Below, piece by piece: positions 49,991 through 64,000 of a DNA stretch of 64,000 nucleotides. Both the position numbers and the translations under genes were made by a program. The stretch lies in the NCBI GenBank assembly GCA_028534125.1, contig CM052818.1:9674001-9738000 (forward strand), read 5' to 3'. The notes under the pieces are model-generated. The model searched no databases. It had not been told where the DNA came from and was given only the letters and a program-made list of their open reading frames with translations. The DNA is from Lama glama. Lineage: Eukaryota. The stretch's first letter is position 1. Each line of letters opens with the position of its first letter.

Positions 49991-52365
49991 CATAATTATC
50001 AATGCATTTCTCACTGATAGGTCATCTCCCGGGTCCAGTTTTGATAGAGAGAAACAGACTTTCAAAAGCTAAGCGACTTACAAAGAGTTGCAGTGTTTGA
50101 GTAACAAAAATAGGAATAAGAAGTATGTTTTCTAAGTGTGGTTATATATCTTACTACCAAACTCTTCCTCTCAAAGTTTATGTTTTTACATGAAAATTTG
50201 TATTGTCCATTTTTACCACTTATGCAATGATTTTAACAATATTAATATTTATTGAATACTTATGAAGTATTTATATTCTGTATTAGAAATAGAAGATGCT
50301 GTTTTAAAAAATAGAAGTATTTTGCATAAACTATTCTTGCTTTTTGAAACTGTTTTTAACCACCAAACTATTTAGCAGAAATATGTAACTATTCCAGTTA
50401 TCGGGAAATTAATACATTTCCAAAGTTTAGTGTGTTAAGTGACTCAATTGTTTTTGTTGTAATAATGAGTAATATATTTTTACCCACTCATTTGTTAGGA
50501 ATAATAATTATTCACAGGTTTGCAATTTTGTATTTCCACAACTCAAATTTTTTTCAGCAAATTGTGTTTATGGTTCACTTTGTCATTTTGTTTTAATTAT
50601 TATGTTTTGTTACTCACTTTTACTGCCATCTTTTATTACTTCTTTGGAGTTGAGATATGTTAGCCAAGCTGGATATAAATTGATTTTTAAACTAGTTAAC
50701 TTATTTTTTACACTTCCCAATTTAAACAAATTACACGTATTCAGAATATTCTTGTATTTTTGAACATAAATTCTGTGACTTTTCTATTGCTGTGTTTAAT
50801 CTAGGTTGTGGTTTTTCAACTTAGGTCTTATAAAACTTAGCACTTATTTGTCTGTGTGTAAAATAAACATTGATCTATGTGGAGTTGATTGATGCTAGTT
50901 ATCTCATAATTCAGAGTGGAATATACAATTGAGTAAATTTAAATGATTCAACATTTTTCTACTTCTAAAGAAGAAAATTACGATCACAGATACATTGATT
51001 TGAAAGCAAATCATTTTTTAATCAACATGGTAGTATTTATTATATTCCTATTTGGAAAAGAAGCAAGGAAAGTGGTGACCTCAAGTAAAGGATTAAAAAA
51101 AGAAAATCAAACTATTAATTTTGTATTAACCCATCCATATTCTTGGCACTACCAATCCCTTTCTGGCTACAAGTATAGATTTTATTTACCATCATTATAA
51201 AAGCACTAATTTAAAAGCTTAGAAAGAAAAGCTTACAATTAGTATAATCATCGTCGTGTTCACTGAGGTTGGGAGAATATGGAGGGAGGGGTGGAGCACA
51301 GCTTCTGTATGTGTTTTCCTAGGAACTAGTTGATCTGGTCAGGACAATTATAGACTTAATATGCTAAAGAAGAGATAAACAAAACAAGACAAACCCCTGT
51401 TAGACATCATACAAAACATGGTAAGCAGAATAAATGGAGGCAATATCCAGTGATTCACAGAAAACAACAGGATGGAAACCAGCTGGACATAATACTTAGA
51501 GGTTCTAAAGTCTTTATAAGAACATACAAAATTTGAATGTTAAGTTGATTATAAAGGAGAGTAATAAATATCTCATGGCCATCATGGTGACTTGCTGGAA
51601 TTGGCCTTACTATTTGAATGTAACTATGGAAGGATGTCTTGTTTATAAGACTCAGATTTGTTAAAAGGAGAGATATAACAGTGTGACATGGTAAGAAATT
51701 ATGTACCTATGTTGACATCTGAGATCCTGCAAGTGGAAGGATGCTGAACATCATCCAGAGGAGCATAAAAAGAGAGAAACAGCATAGATACAGGAGTACA
51801 AGTGTGCTGTATGCCCCGTGGTAATGAAGAAGTGATGAGTTGCAGATGTAAGATAGTCCCAAAGGTATTCAGTAGTATGAAGGACTCCAGGTGCCTAGGC
51901 ACTTGATGGAGACCTCATTTGGTTCAAAGCACATTGTCTGACAGCATTTGAATTGAAACAGCTTCTTCTCCTAAAGTGACTCTCAAACTTTAATATGTGT
52001 AGGAGTCGTTGGAGAGTGTCTCAGGCTCTCTAGGACCCATGACTTTATGTTTCTGCCAAGCTCCTGGGTGATGTTGGTGCTGCTGGTACAGCGATCACAC
52101 TTTGAGAACCACTGTCCTAAAGGACAATGGGGGAACTAATCTACTTCTATATGAAAAATTGATAACCTTCTAAAAATTGTGTTCCTGATAGGAAGGGAGA
52201 AACAGGCATAATTAGAATATATCCTAGACTTTTGATAGGTAGACCTCAAACAGTCCTAAGAAAAGGCAAAGAAAAATGGCATAGGAATCAGCTGGAAGAT
52301 AAACTGAAAGGACTGGGGGGTTCAGATAAAGTGCAATTCAGACCTTACTTAAAACCAAATTATCA

Positions 52366-52486
52366 GGAGGAAGGTATAGCTCAAGCGGTGTAGAACATGC
52401 TTAGCATGCACAAGGTCCTGGATTCAATCCCCAGTACCTCCTCTTAAAAAAAACTAAATAAGTAAACCTAATTACCTCCTCCCTAA

Positions 52487-52537
<51 letters not shown>

Positions 52538-52540
52538 AAA
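52366..52540 (+). mobile_element. Vic-1-like SINE with long (TAAA)n tail
   Basis: ggtatagctcaagcggtgtagaacatgcttagcatgcac..., with a pure (TAAA)n run at about 52487-52538. Confidence 0.88.
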
Positions 52541-54305
52541 AACCATATCTGAATGAAATGAAAGTTTAGGGGAAAAATACATCTCAGTGAGAAGAAATGG
52601 GGTCTATCTTTCTTCTCTCTCTTTTTCTCTCTCTCTGTATTTACATAAATATTTGTATGACTTTTTATTTTGGAAAATTTCCAAAGTAGTAAGTCTAGTC
52701 TAATGAACCCTTATGTATCATCCAACTCCAGTGGTTAATTTTTTTTTGCCAACCTGAAATCAATTAAAAATATATATATACAGGAAAGGTGAATTCAAAT
52801 TAATGTAAATGTAGAAGAAGGTTTAGATCTATAATAGCAACTGGAAAATAAAATTTCTAATGAGTACAGGCCTGCAAGAATTGCTGGGGAAGACATGGGG
52901 TGCTTAAGGTTATGTTTAGAGCAAGAAAGAGATTAAAAAGGGGGTAGATCTGCTTTCTGGAACTGATGGTGTGCTGCTGATGCATGATATAGAGAAGCCA
53001 AACTCTGGAAATCCTATTTGGCTTCTGTCCTTTTTTGTCAAGGAATATGACCTTCAACCGAAAAGGGTAGAATGATCATTGGAAAGGAAGAATGAAAGTT
53101 CCAGAGAGTCAGGCATTTCCAAATGGGTTCGGGTGTTCCTGCCTGCAAGAATTACATTCCAGAATAGGTTCAGAAGGAACTTGCAGCTTCTGTGATCTTT
53201 GAGATCTTTTAAAGGCAGATTTTCCAAATGACTGGAGACAGATAAGGGCAGTTCCAGTTTTCCAAAGGGAACGAAAATTGGTTCTATTAACTACCAACCG
53301 GGGAGCTTGACTCTAAAAGCTTGGCAAGATTCTGGATCAGGAACTAAAAAGTAAGTTGTGGGCAGTAAGGATAAGGAAAACTTTGTTGTCAATACATAGA
53401 ACAAGTTCACTAGGGACAAATCATGTCTGTGTCATTTCTTTCTTTTACAGGCTAGCAGGACTGGTAGAACAGGGAAATACAGTAGCACCAGTATGACTGG
53501 AATTCAGCTAGTCATTTGACCAAGTTTCTTTCCTCATGGTAACTTCCTAAAAGTGGCAGGAAACATGAGCAAGATGTGAAGACAGTTGGATGGATTTTGT
53601 TCATACCCAAAAGGAGCTGATTAATGTCTAGTATCAAATGGAACAGTGTTTTCCCAAAGCTCTGCAGATCAACCACTTGAAACCCACCTGAGGAAAGTTG
53701 TTGAAAACAAATTGCTGGGCCTTGTCTCGGACCTCCTAAATCATAATCTCAAGAGATGGGGCAAAAAAAACCCTCAACAAGTTGTGTACATATTAAAATT
53801 CAAGAATCACTGAACTTCAGGGAGATTTCTGATGTGCTGCAGGATAGAACATGTGATGCTGAGGAACACTCACTACAGGTGTGCAAGAAACAGAGTTGGC
53901 CATATAGCACATAGGTTAAGGGTTAGAATTGAGATCCAAAAAGATCTCAGGAATAGGGAAAAATCTAATAAGATAAAATTGAACAGGATTAAACATAAAT
54001 TCTTATACTTGGGTTTAGAAAAACAACTGCCAAGTAAAGGATAAGGCTGGAGTGGCTTAAGAGCTATGTTTATAGACAAGGATTACAAGGCTTACAAGGC
54101 TTAGGGGTTTTAGTTAATAGCTCAGTGAGAATTATGGGTGTGATGTGGATAACTTCTTTGGATTTTAGTCCAGATATTAGAAGTATAACATCTGGAAAGA
54201 TGAAGATGACAATCCTGTTTTACTCAGTGTGGGCTGTTCCTGAAGTGCCATATTCAGATGGAATGTCCTACTTTAGGGAGAACCAGTACAAATGGGAAGG
54301 CATTT

Positions 54306-54784
54306 TGTGGCAGTCCCTGTAATAATCCCCAAAATTTGTGAATATGTTATTTTACATGGAAGAGAAAAATAGCACATGTAATTAAGATTAAGGATGCTGA
54401 GAGAGAAAGAGTATTCTCAATTATCTAAAGGGGCTCAGCCTAGTCATATGAGTTCTTAAAAGTACCTTTCTTGACTGAGGTCAGGGTTAAGAGGAAAAGG
54501 TTATTGTGGAGAATGGTCAGAGAGACACAATGTTGCTCACTTTGAAGTTGGTGGAAGGAAGATATAAGCCAAGGAAAACGAGTGGTAGCTAGAAGCTAGA
54601 AAAGGCAAGGAAACAGACTCCCCTGGCTTAGACCCTCCAGAAAAGAATTTGGACCTGTTGACCCAGTGATGCCAGTAAGACCAGTGTCAGACTTCTGACC
54701 TCAAGAACTGTTAAGATAATAAATGTGTGTCTTAAACCACTAAGTTTGTAGTAACTTGTTATAGTAGCAGTAGAAACAAACACA
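54306..54784 (+). mobile_element. MLT1 (MaLR) solo LTR
   Basis: tgtggcag...taaaccactaagtttgtagtaacttgttatagtagcagtagaaacaaacaca, with 5-bp flanks CATTT and CATTA. Confidence 0.82.
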
Positions 54785-55391
54785 CATTAAGGTGAGTACA
54801 TTCAGAATGGGGGAGACATCTAAACCCTGGCCACAGGAGCTGCTGCCAAAGGAACTTGATTTATTTAATTTGGAGAATGCGTGATTTAGTGGGATGAATT
54901 TTCTCTCCTTAAAATCTTGAGGGTTTTCCTCCCAGACAGATAGATTCAGGAGGGAAATAATTTTTGGCTATAAGGAATTATCCAGAACAGGATAGACTTT
55001 TCAGGAATAGTGAGTTTTCAGTCACCAGAATGTTTCCACCAAGGCTGGGCAACTGCTTGGCAGAGACCTATACAGGGAAGGTGGGCACCATGTAGTTGAT
55101 TAGACTAGAGATTTTGTTCAGCCCTTTCAAATTTCAAGGTCCTATATAGTTTTAATTAGAACATTTATTATAGTAATTTTTAAATGTCACCTTATACTCA
55201 TGATCGATTCCTCTAAACTTCTACACCACAGTAAATTACTGTCACACTAAAATTACCATAGAATGAATAACCCAGACTTATGCTAATATTAGGCTAAACT
55301 TGTATTTATGGGAAAAGGGAATTCTAGTTATGGCCTTTTAAAAGTAAACGCTTTAGTCTTGTTAATTCTTTTAGGTTTATCTTTACTAGTA

Positions 55392-55410
55392 GGCTCCAGT
55401 AGGGGGCAAT
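55392..55410 (+). promoter_or_regulatory. Candidate CTCF site in PUS10 intron
   Basis: CCAGTAGGGGGCA at 55396-55408 fits the CCASYAGRKGGCR core with no mismatch. Confidence 0.6.
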
Positions 55411-58073
55411 ATTGTACTATCAGTTTGGCTTATTGTTACTTCTCAGGAGCAGCGTGTGAGAAACAGTTCACTCAGTATTGACTTTGAATGGATTTGGTGT
55501 CCCATAAATTAATGTTACTTTGGTTGTATGAAACACTACTTCTCTATATGCAGCTTGATATAGAGTTTCATTTGTCAAATCAAAACCTTTTTCCTTTCAT
55601 TTTTTTATACTTTGTGATATTTCCATGCTTTGCATTAAGTTCTATAAATTATATGTAGTCCTAGAAAAGTAGCCAAAAATAAAAGCAGTACCATTTCTGT
55701 GGTAGCAGTTTATATTTATAAAATTGCTTTTTCTTAAATTCAGACAAATGGATATTCAAAAGGCTTTGGATTTTTACTTAAGTCTGTTCTTAACCAGTTT
55801 GGGACCATCATCTATTTAGAATCCAAAAAAAGCAATGACTCCCTTGTCCTAAAGATGCACATATTCAAAATTTTGCATGTATATATAGGGTTCTTTTAAA
55901 CTCCCAATCATTAACCTAGGATCTTTCTTGATTGCATCATACTCCAGTAATTTTCCCCCTCTGTAATTGGTTGATGTACTTACTTTTTCTAAAGGGCAAT
56001 GTTTTTTCTAATTATGTTTAACTCATAGAACAAAATTTGACAAAATCGCTTTGACCTCAAGTACAGAGACCCACACTTTCAAGTTCATATTGTATGTGCA
56101 GGCCTGAGCTGGCTGTCTTCATTCATTAACCTGACTCTGATTTAGCATGTGTGTTTTCTACTTTTTGTTCCTTTTCCATGACTTTTCAATTTTTATTTTA
56201 TATAATAAGCATCCTGCCTAAATTAGTTTTTGTTCTCTCTTACCCACCAATACAAACTTAAGGTTCACGCAATCAACATACTTTCTGAGCTTACTAAGGA
56301 GTTTTCAGAATTTGTAGCCCTAATTTTGGTGAAGTTAGTCAGAACTTGCTTCAATCCCTATATGGTCCATTTATCCATGCAAAGTATTTTTACAAGGTTG
56401 CTGAACGAGGCACTGAAAACATGCAAAATTATAGTAGTCACTGTCTCTGCCTCTCAAGGATCTTTCGGTAGACTCTTTATGGACGAATTGAGGGGATGTA
56501 ACCTTGGTAATGTTTTGCATATACAGGATGTAACTTTTTAAGCCATTCAGAGGACATGCAACAACTCAAACCCATCTCCCTTATAAAAGGTAACCCCGCT
56601 AGCATGCCTCTGAGCACAGTACCAGTGTGTGAAAGCCTGCATTATCAGGGCCACAGAATCACAGATCTTTAGGAGACCTTGGTAATCATCTAGCACTCAC
56701 TGAAAAATGTCATGTGTGTGGTTGTGATTTGTCAGAGCTCTGGCCATGTCACCACCCCAGGTATAAATCTATTAATACCTTTTGAGAATCTCTGCTGGAA
56801 AGTCCAGGAGTTCCTAACCTTTTAATCTCTGAAAGTTTAATGAATCCCCAGTATCTATGAATTGGAAAGAAGACATGCTTGGATGATTTTTTTCAGCCTC
56901 ACAGTTTGGGATTACTTCACTAATCATCTCACTCATCCTCATTTGAAGAGGAGAAAACCAAAGCTTGCCCAGTGTGTCATATTTATTGGAATTTGGGTGT
57001 GTCTCCCTGCTTCATGCTCTTTTTTTGCTTGTTTGTTTTTAAACCATGCTGTCTCTCCATCTTGTATACTTATGTGTGTTTTATTTACTTAACTGCCTTG
57101 CCCTATGGGCATTGCCTTTTCTTAACTACTCTACTTGTTAAGCCATACACTCAAGAACATAACTAAGGATCAAGCAACACGAGAATAATAAATCCCAGCA
57201 GAGCTGCTGCATCAGAGGGGGACCATGGGACTGGACATGGGAGCAAGTTCAGGATTCTTTTACTCAGTATACAACTGGGACATGCTTCCAGGGGAGAAAG
57301 GATGAATGACATACAATTAGACCCAAGTCCTGGTTAGAGTGAGCAACCAGAAGCCTAGCTGTCAAGGAATCAGAGCAGATATTAAATAGATCTAATAACT
57401 CACTATTAGGGGGAACAGGTGCGGCCAGGGGGGGCATCAAATAAAGCAAGAACCTTTCCTGAGATCACTGAGGCTTGTAGCAAGGAGGAATAAGTCATAT
57501 TCCTGGGAATGAGATGCCATGGTGAAGTTGGACTAGAAGCAAGGCTAATGCTAAAAACCATCACAATAATATAATGTATACTGGATTTAGGAATGCAGTT
57601 GGCAGAGTACTCAGACATATGTTTAAATATTTAAAGATGCTTATGTTACTTCCTAGCTTTGCTTTTTTCTTGGCCTGAACCAGCTAAGTATAGGTAGAGG
57701 AGGCAGCAAGATAGAAAACGTTGCTATGGCTAATCCACCAGTGTGGGTAGTTGAGATGTAGCAGAGTGTGTTAAGAACATGAGGCAGCTTTAAATTTTTG
57801 AAGTTTTTTTTGTTTTAATTTGTATGGTCTTATTCTCGTGAAGTGTTGCATTTTGCATCTTTAAAATTTACAGTGAGAAATGGTTATATAACAGAATTAA
57901 TAGGAATATAAGATGAAGCAAATCCTTTTTCTTTAAAATTCTATTTCCCCACCAGATATAACATATTATCACATTGCTACTTACTGATTGTTGAGTTCCT
58001 TTTCAAACTTATTTTTTTCCATTCATTTTTAGGACTGTGTGGCCTAGTAGACTTTCAGAAAAAGGGAACTTCT

Positions 58074-58218
58074 TTTTTTTTTTAATTAATTTATTTTTTT
58101 GGAGGGGTAGATAATTAGGTTTAGTGATTTATTTCTTGATGGAGGTACTGGGGATTAAACCTAGGACATCGTGCACGCTAAGCAGGCACTCTACCACTGA
58201 GCTATACCCTCCCCCCCG
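58074..58218 (-). mobile_element. Vic-1-like SINE with perfect 16-bp target-site duplication
   Basis: GAAAAAGGGAACTTCT at 58058-58073 and 58219-58234. Confidence 0.9.
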
Positions 58219-60304
58219 GAAAAAGGGAACTTCTAATTTAGACTCTGCTTATTTCAGATTTGGATTTCTCTTGTTACCCAATTGAGAGAAGTCATCTCAA
58301 TTACCCTTTTTGCTGAGATCACCACCATGTTTAAGACTTAGTAATTCTAACCTACTAAGTTATTATTTTTGAAAAATCATTGTAATAACTTATACATATA
58401 TATATGTCTGTATGTATATAAAGTGATAGTTTATATGTGAAACAGCCGCACCACCACAATGTGTACTTATGTTTTAGGAGCAGCAAGATACAACTCCTTT
58501 CTTGGGAAAACAAGGGGCAGTAGCTGCCATCATTTATTGAGCATTTGTATGACAGCATGCTGTGTGTGCGCTTTCATTTAATCTGAACAACCCCTTGAAG
58601 TAGTACCTATTTTACAGATGATGAAACCGAAACTCAAGTTGACATTGCTAATAAATAACAGAGGTGGGATTTAAACACTCGTGTATCCAACTCCAAATTA
58701 CATGCTTCTGATTATTGCTATGCCCTTCTTACTGCCAACACTGTGATTTGGTCAGGTATCAGAGTGGGTTATTGTGTATCTGTGTTTATAAGGAGAGACT
58801 TAGTCTAGGTTTTGACCCCCACATTCAAATGGTGCAATATCCTCAGTTAGGGAAAGGATTCTTGGTTGAAAAAGAAGAAAAGAAGAAGAAGAAAAATGGA
58901 ACCAGAGCTCTTCTTATTTTAACAAAAGTAGTAATTTAACAAGCATGATGATAAACCACCAGTTTATTTGGTGATTCTCTAAAACTACAACTTTGAAAAT
59001 AAAATTAAAATTACATTTTTTAGTACTTACCCACCACACTTGGGTTCAAGTTTTGTTATCAGATGACTGGAATATGTACAGAAGAGGTTTTGAATCAAAT
59101 ATCTATTATAGCCAGTATCTTAAAATAGAGGAATTTCTAGTCATTTTTGTGAGGAACTACTTTGATTTTCTTTTGGTCTTAGGAAGATTGGTATGTGTGT
59201 GTGATGATGAGTTATTGTGTTAATCCCTTAATAATTAGAAGTGGGAATGCCAGTTCGGCTCTCAGCCAGGTTCTTTCATCATATACACATCCAAATGTCC
59301 AAGAAGAGGGGGCTGGTGGCAGGTACCACCCTGATGTCAGACAAATCCAACTTCATTATCGACTTTTCAGAAACTTATTTAAGAGCTAGTACTAGTACCC
59401 CGTTATCTTTAGGAAAAAAATAAGGATCCGTTAAATTGTTTTAGACAAGATTTGTCAGTTAAGTAGTGTTGATTATTGGTAGTGCTGCAGTTGCTCCTGC
59501 TGCTTTTTAAAAAAAAAAAATTAGTACTGCTTAAAATACTCAAAGTTATCTTTACAAATCTTTCCTCTTAAATGTTTGTTTTTCCTTACCAGTATTAATA
59601 CAGGATCAATACTATTGTAATCTAATTTCTGGAGTAGATACCATTCAAGGAAATGTTTATCTGAGAATTTTTTTTTCTAAGAAAACCTGAGTATTTTTCT
59701 CCTTGCCATTATTTTTATTATGCTAAGTTTTCCAATTTTTTAAATGTGATAAATATTTTTCAATCATTTTGGACACTCATCATTTGTAAAATCTCATGTG
59801 AAAGACCTTAGTTGAGCATTAGTTGGTCACTTCACAGTGGTGCTTCCTTTTTATTGCTTATAGCTTTTGGTTGAACAGTGAGTCAGAGATTAGCTGGGTG
59901 GATGGCTGTCTCTACAACCTTAGCAAGAGTGCTCGGAGCAGGTACTGGCAGAAAAAAGAGGGCGAGTTTCTTATTTTAAAAATGTGTATTATATATATGG
60001 CAAATTAAAGAGTCACGTATTATTTTTGTTGTAAGTTACAAGCTATTCAGATAAGTAACTGTTGAAGTATTGATATGACTGAAACTCTTGATCCTTTTTT
60101 CTGGTGGAATCTCAGTTTATTTCTAAAGTAGTTGTTAAAATGTTACTGTGAGTATCTGGGCAGATACAATGCTAGGGGAACTAACTTGGGTGGGGAGAAA
60201 TAAAATGGATTTTATTTAAATGTAGTCATGAAGTATACACAAGGAAATGAAATAAAATAGATGCATTAGTATTAACACAGGTAGCCCTTTTATATTTATA
60301 TTAA

Positions 60305-60810
60305 GAATCATATCACACCTATTAGAATGGTTATTATAAAAGAGACAAGAAAATAGCAAGTTTTGGAGAAAAGGGAACCCTTGTACACTGTTAGTGAGAA
60401 TATAAATTGGTGCTACTACTATGGAAAACAGCATGTAGATTCCTCAAAAAATTAAGACTAGAACTGTGATATGATCCAGCTATTCCACTTCTGGGTATTT
60501 ATCCAGAGAATACAAAAACAGTAACTGAAAACATACATGCACACCTATGTTCATTCAGCATTATTTACAATAGCCAAGATGTGGAAGCAACCTAAGTGTC
60601 CATTGATGGATGAATGGATAAAGAAAATGTGGTATATATCCACAATGGAATTAGTCGTAAAAAGAATGAAATCTTACCATTTGTGCCAACATGAATGAAC
60701 CTTGAAAGTATTATGCTAAGTGAAATAAGTCAGATAAAGACAAAATTGTATGGTTTCACTCACATGTGGAACTTAAAAAAAAGAATGAACAAATAAAACA
60801 AAAAAACAGT
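60305..60810 (+). mobile_element. L1 fragment (end of ORF2 and start of 3' UTR)
   Basis: ggagaaaagggaacccttgtacactgttagtgagaat...gaatggataaagaaaatgtggtatat...tgctaagtgaaataagtcag. Confidence 0.88.
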
Positions 60811-62669
60811 AAAATGCAGTAATGTTACATTATATTTCTATTTACTGTTCTCAGTGCAATTGTTACATATCTGTTATGATAATACAGTGTTACAATGTTT
60901 GTCTTAAAAGTCATGCATATCTATTATATCGATACCCACAGATTTACCATTCTGGTGCTCCTCATTCTTTCCTCTAGATCCACATCGCAATCTGGTGTCA
61001 TCTCCTTTCATGTGACTCATGACCCCCAGTGAAAAAGACCCTCATTTTACCATCTCCAGAAGTAACTCTAGTCTTTTGCAGGAGTTAGAGCAGATATTCG
61101 CCTGGATGGGTGGAGTGGTGTTGCGGATTTGAGGATCTACCTCTTTTTCAAACAGATTTTCAGTCAGTCTTCCTTATTTTGCTTCTCCTACCCCCACTTC
61201 CAGAATTCCTTGGTATTTATTCACCGAACTTTTGTTGATTGTGGAATATCAGTTTCCCCTGCTGCCAATTTAGGATTCAGGGTTTTTTGTTTTTGTTTTT
61301 GTTTTGGGTGTTTTTGTTTTTGTTTTTGGCTCTGATAAGTCCCTTACCACTCCCCTCTGCTTTCCAGCTTCCAAATTTTTCTATTCCCTACACTCTCACT
61401 GTCTCCATCCTGGTTGATTTTATGCTCTTTTAACAAATCTCTTTACTGTTGTTTTAGAGGATTAGCAAAAGTGCACACTTGAATTTGATCTTTTCTCTTT
61501 ACCCAGAAGTCTGCATATATTTGTTTACTTTTAAAATACAATTTTTGCATTTGTCTCATTTTTATTATAGTTACATTATTTTTATTTACTACATTAAACA
61601 AATTACTGAGACCAAAGTATACCGTCTTTCATCTGGAAAGACAGTATATTCTTCATCTGTGAGGTTAGAAATACTTTTTTGTATGGTGACAACACGAATG
61701 GAAATCTACCAATTTAGTTTTTACTTTACAAATTAATTATATGGAAAAATATGAAGACAAACTATGTGGAAAATTATTTATTATAGAGTTTATGCTCTTT
61801 TTGGGGGCAGTTAATAGTAGGATTCATACCCGATAGTGACCCTAGGAATTTTAAGCTTATATTGTAGAGGAGTGATAGATGAAAGAGAAGGGTAGGGAAA
61901 ATTAATTACCGCGTGGACTTATGAGTGTATTAAATAATAATTTTTGACATCTCATGCACTTAAGCCTTTTTTTTGTTTAGTTATTTTAGCTTCTATTTTC
62001 ATATCATATTGTACAAATTAGCAGTGGTGTAGGAATAATTTATTACCCTGCCCTTCTCTAGAAATGCACTTGAAATTTCCCACACACCAAAGGTTTGTCA
62101 TTCGATCTTCTCTTCAGATAGTCTTCACCAAATTATTCTTAGGAATCCATGGTTCCTTTTCTCTTCTTTTTCTTTCATTGTCTCTATCTCTTTCTCACCT
62201 TTCCCTCTCTCCTCCCCCTTCCCTCCCTGCCGTCCTCTCCCCCTCCAGTCCTCTCTTCCTTCCTCCCTCCCTTCCTTCCAAATACTACATCAAAGTGTCC
62301 TAATAAAAATGTTGGCAGGATTTAAACTGGACAGGATTTACAGTCCAAGGGCCCCTGCCTTTCTCCTTTCGAAACCCTTTCCTCAAAACATCTTACTGCA
62401 TTTTGTTGTTGGGTGTGTGGTTTGATCTGCCTTGATACTTATTTGCCTTCATGTCTTGCACACATGTTAAGCACCATTCCTAGCTAGAAACTGGCCTCGT
62501 GCGGATGCTGTTCCGTTCTCAGATTCACAACAAATCACCTTCCTTAAACTTTTAGACTAAAACTAGAACTGAAAGTTTGGAAGGGGCAAGGCTTGAGGAA
62601 ATCCCCTTTCTCCTTGCTGTATCTCTCAAAATTATTTCCTTTGTCCTGAGGCAGAGGATGTACAGAGGC

Positions 62670-63240
62670 AGGTTGAGCAATTGCCTGGATTTTTATAATA
62701 GCCTCCTAAAAGCTGTCCCTGCTTCCATGCTTGTCCTCTGCCACTTTAAAAAGTAAGTTAATTTGTGTCCTTTCTTTCCTTACCTTCCTGTGTCTCCCCA
62801 TCTCCCTCAGAATAAAATCAAGTCCTTTAATTGCCTGCAAGGGCCTGTACTGGCCCTGCCCTACCACTACACCTTAGTTCACTGACTTCATCACTTGATA
62901 CTTGTTTTCTTCCCTGACTATTCCAGCCACATTGGGCACAGCAGGCATACTTCTGCCTCAGGGCCTTTGCATTGCTGTTCTCTCTGCCTAAAATGTTGTC
63001 CCTCAGATGTATGCATTCCCCCACCTCCTTCATACCTTTTTTCAAGTATTTCCTTCTCAGTGAGGCTTTCCCCCCACTACCCTATTTAAAATTGCACATT
63101 GCTCTTATTCCATTCCCCTTTCCTGTTTTACTTTTCTCCACTTGACTGCATTAACAAGGGGAGGGATTTGTGTCTGTTTTGTCTACCAGTACATGCCTAA
63201 CAAACATGGGCACACAACAGCTATTTGTCATTGAGTGTGG
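62670..63240 (+). mobile_element. L2 fragment
   Basis: cagaataaaatcaagtcc...ctgcctcagggcctttgcattgctgttctctctgcc. Confidence 0.72.
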
Positions 63241-64000
63241 TCACCCTGAACCACATCCAGCATGTGTTGCCCAGGTCCCTAGCATCAGCAGTGGTAATTT
63301 ATATCTACCCAGTGATCAGAGTAAAAGGAAGAAATGGAGAGTGAGAGGAAGGAGGTCTTTCCTTCTCCTCCACCTTTCAGAGGCCCTCATACTTCTTTGC
63401 TGAAAGAACACAGAACCTTTGAGGTTGAGGTATTTTACATACAGAAAGAAAGAGTGAGAAGGTTATGTTCCATAAGCAATGTGGTTCTAGTCCCCTTTTC
63501 ATTTCTAATGGTGTTTGTTGTTGCTAAAGTTCAGTAAGTACTTTTAAAACTTTTTTCCTTATGTACCCTTCTCCAGCCCCAAAATAATTTTGAGAAACTG
63601 TGTACCCCCTCACATATTTTTAAATTAACATCAGAAATGTTTCACTGTAAGTTTAAATGTTATCAAATAACACTGCTTTTAAAAATGTTTCCATTGGAAG
63701 TATTCACAGGTGAAATTATTTCTGAGGGTTTTTTTTTAACTCCAGCCCACCATTCTTTACAAAAACAAAAACAAAAGTAATAGAGATAGATAAAACAAGA
63801 TTGGCAAAATGTTGATAATTTGAACCTGGCTTGAAGGGTACGTGGGAATTTATGCATTATTTTTTCCACTTTTGTGGTTTCTTACTTTCACGATAGAGAT
63901 TTTCTTCAAATGACTAGTGATCTCTGTCCATTCATTTAAACATAGAACATTAAACAGTGTTTGAAAGTCATGTGTTTATGGAGTGGAAGGATGGTGCTTG

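Larger units (their letters stand above)
51400..55140 (+). mobile_element. Ancient CR1/L3 LINE remnants interrupted by MER5-like, SINE and MLT1 insertions
   Basis: CR1 RT-like text (gactggagacagataagggcagttccagttttccaaagg; acaagttcactagggacaaatcatgtc; ttatacttgggtttagaaaaacaactg). Boundaries approximate. Confidence 0.55.

Noticed and set aside
57421..57437. Second CTCF-like motif (ggccagggggggca)
   Set aside because: Spacing and core positions do not fit the consensus.
62160..62280. Polypyrimidine tract with triplex or G4 potential
   Set aside because: Ordinary low-complexity sequence with nothing indicating function.

Overview
Mammalian genomic DNA, very likely from a camelid, judged from about 12 copies of a tRNA-Ala-derived Vic-1-type SINE. 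It covers the SANBR(KIAA1841)-PEX13-PUS10 block. On the minus strand are the 5' end of SANBR (CpG-island first exon plus the first two coding exons) and the complete four-exon PEX13 CDS (92+695+126+299 = 1212 nt, 403 aa). On the plus strand is the 5' end of PUS10 (non-coding exon 1 plus three coding exons), head-to-head with PEX13 across a promoter of under 250 bp. The rest is intron or intergenic DNA rich in repeats: a near full-length Tigger1, a near full-length hAT Cheshire/MER58-like fossil, L1, L2, MIR, CR1/L3, MLT1 and ERV fragments, and a 500-N assembly gap. I found no new multi-gene system. The best non-routine observations are a tailless 5'-half tRNA-Cys(GCA) retrocopy with target-site duplication and microhomology, a poly(A)-tailed retrocopy that puts a sense AATAAA in PEX13 intron 3, an AG|GTAAGT recursive-splice or poison-microexon signature in SANBR, a splice-created Met-Leu-stop uORF in PUS10, a 9-nt coding duplication in PUS10 and a strong CTCF motif. 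Gene and repeat names come from my recall of the families; no database search was run.
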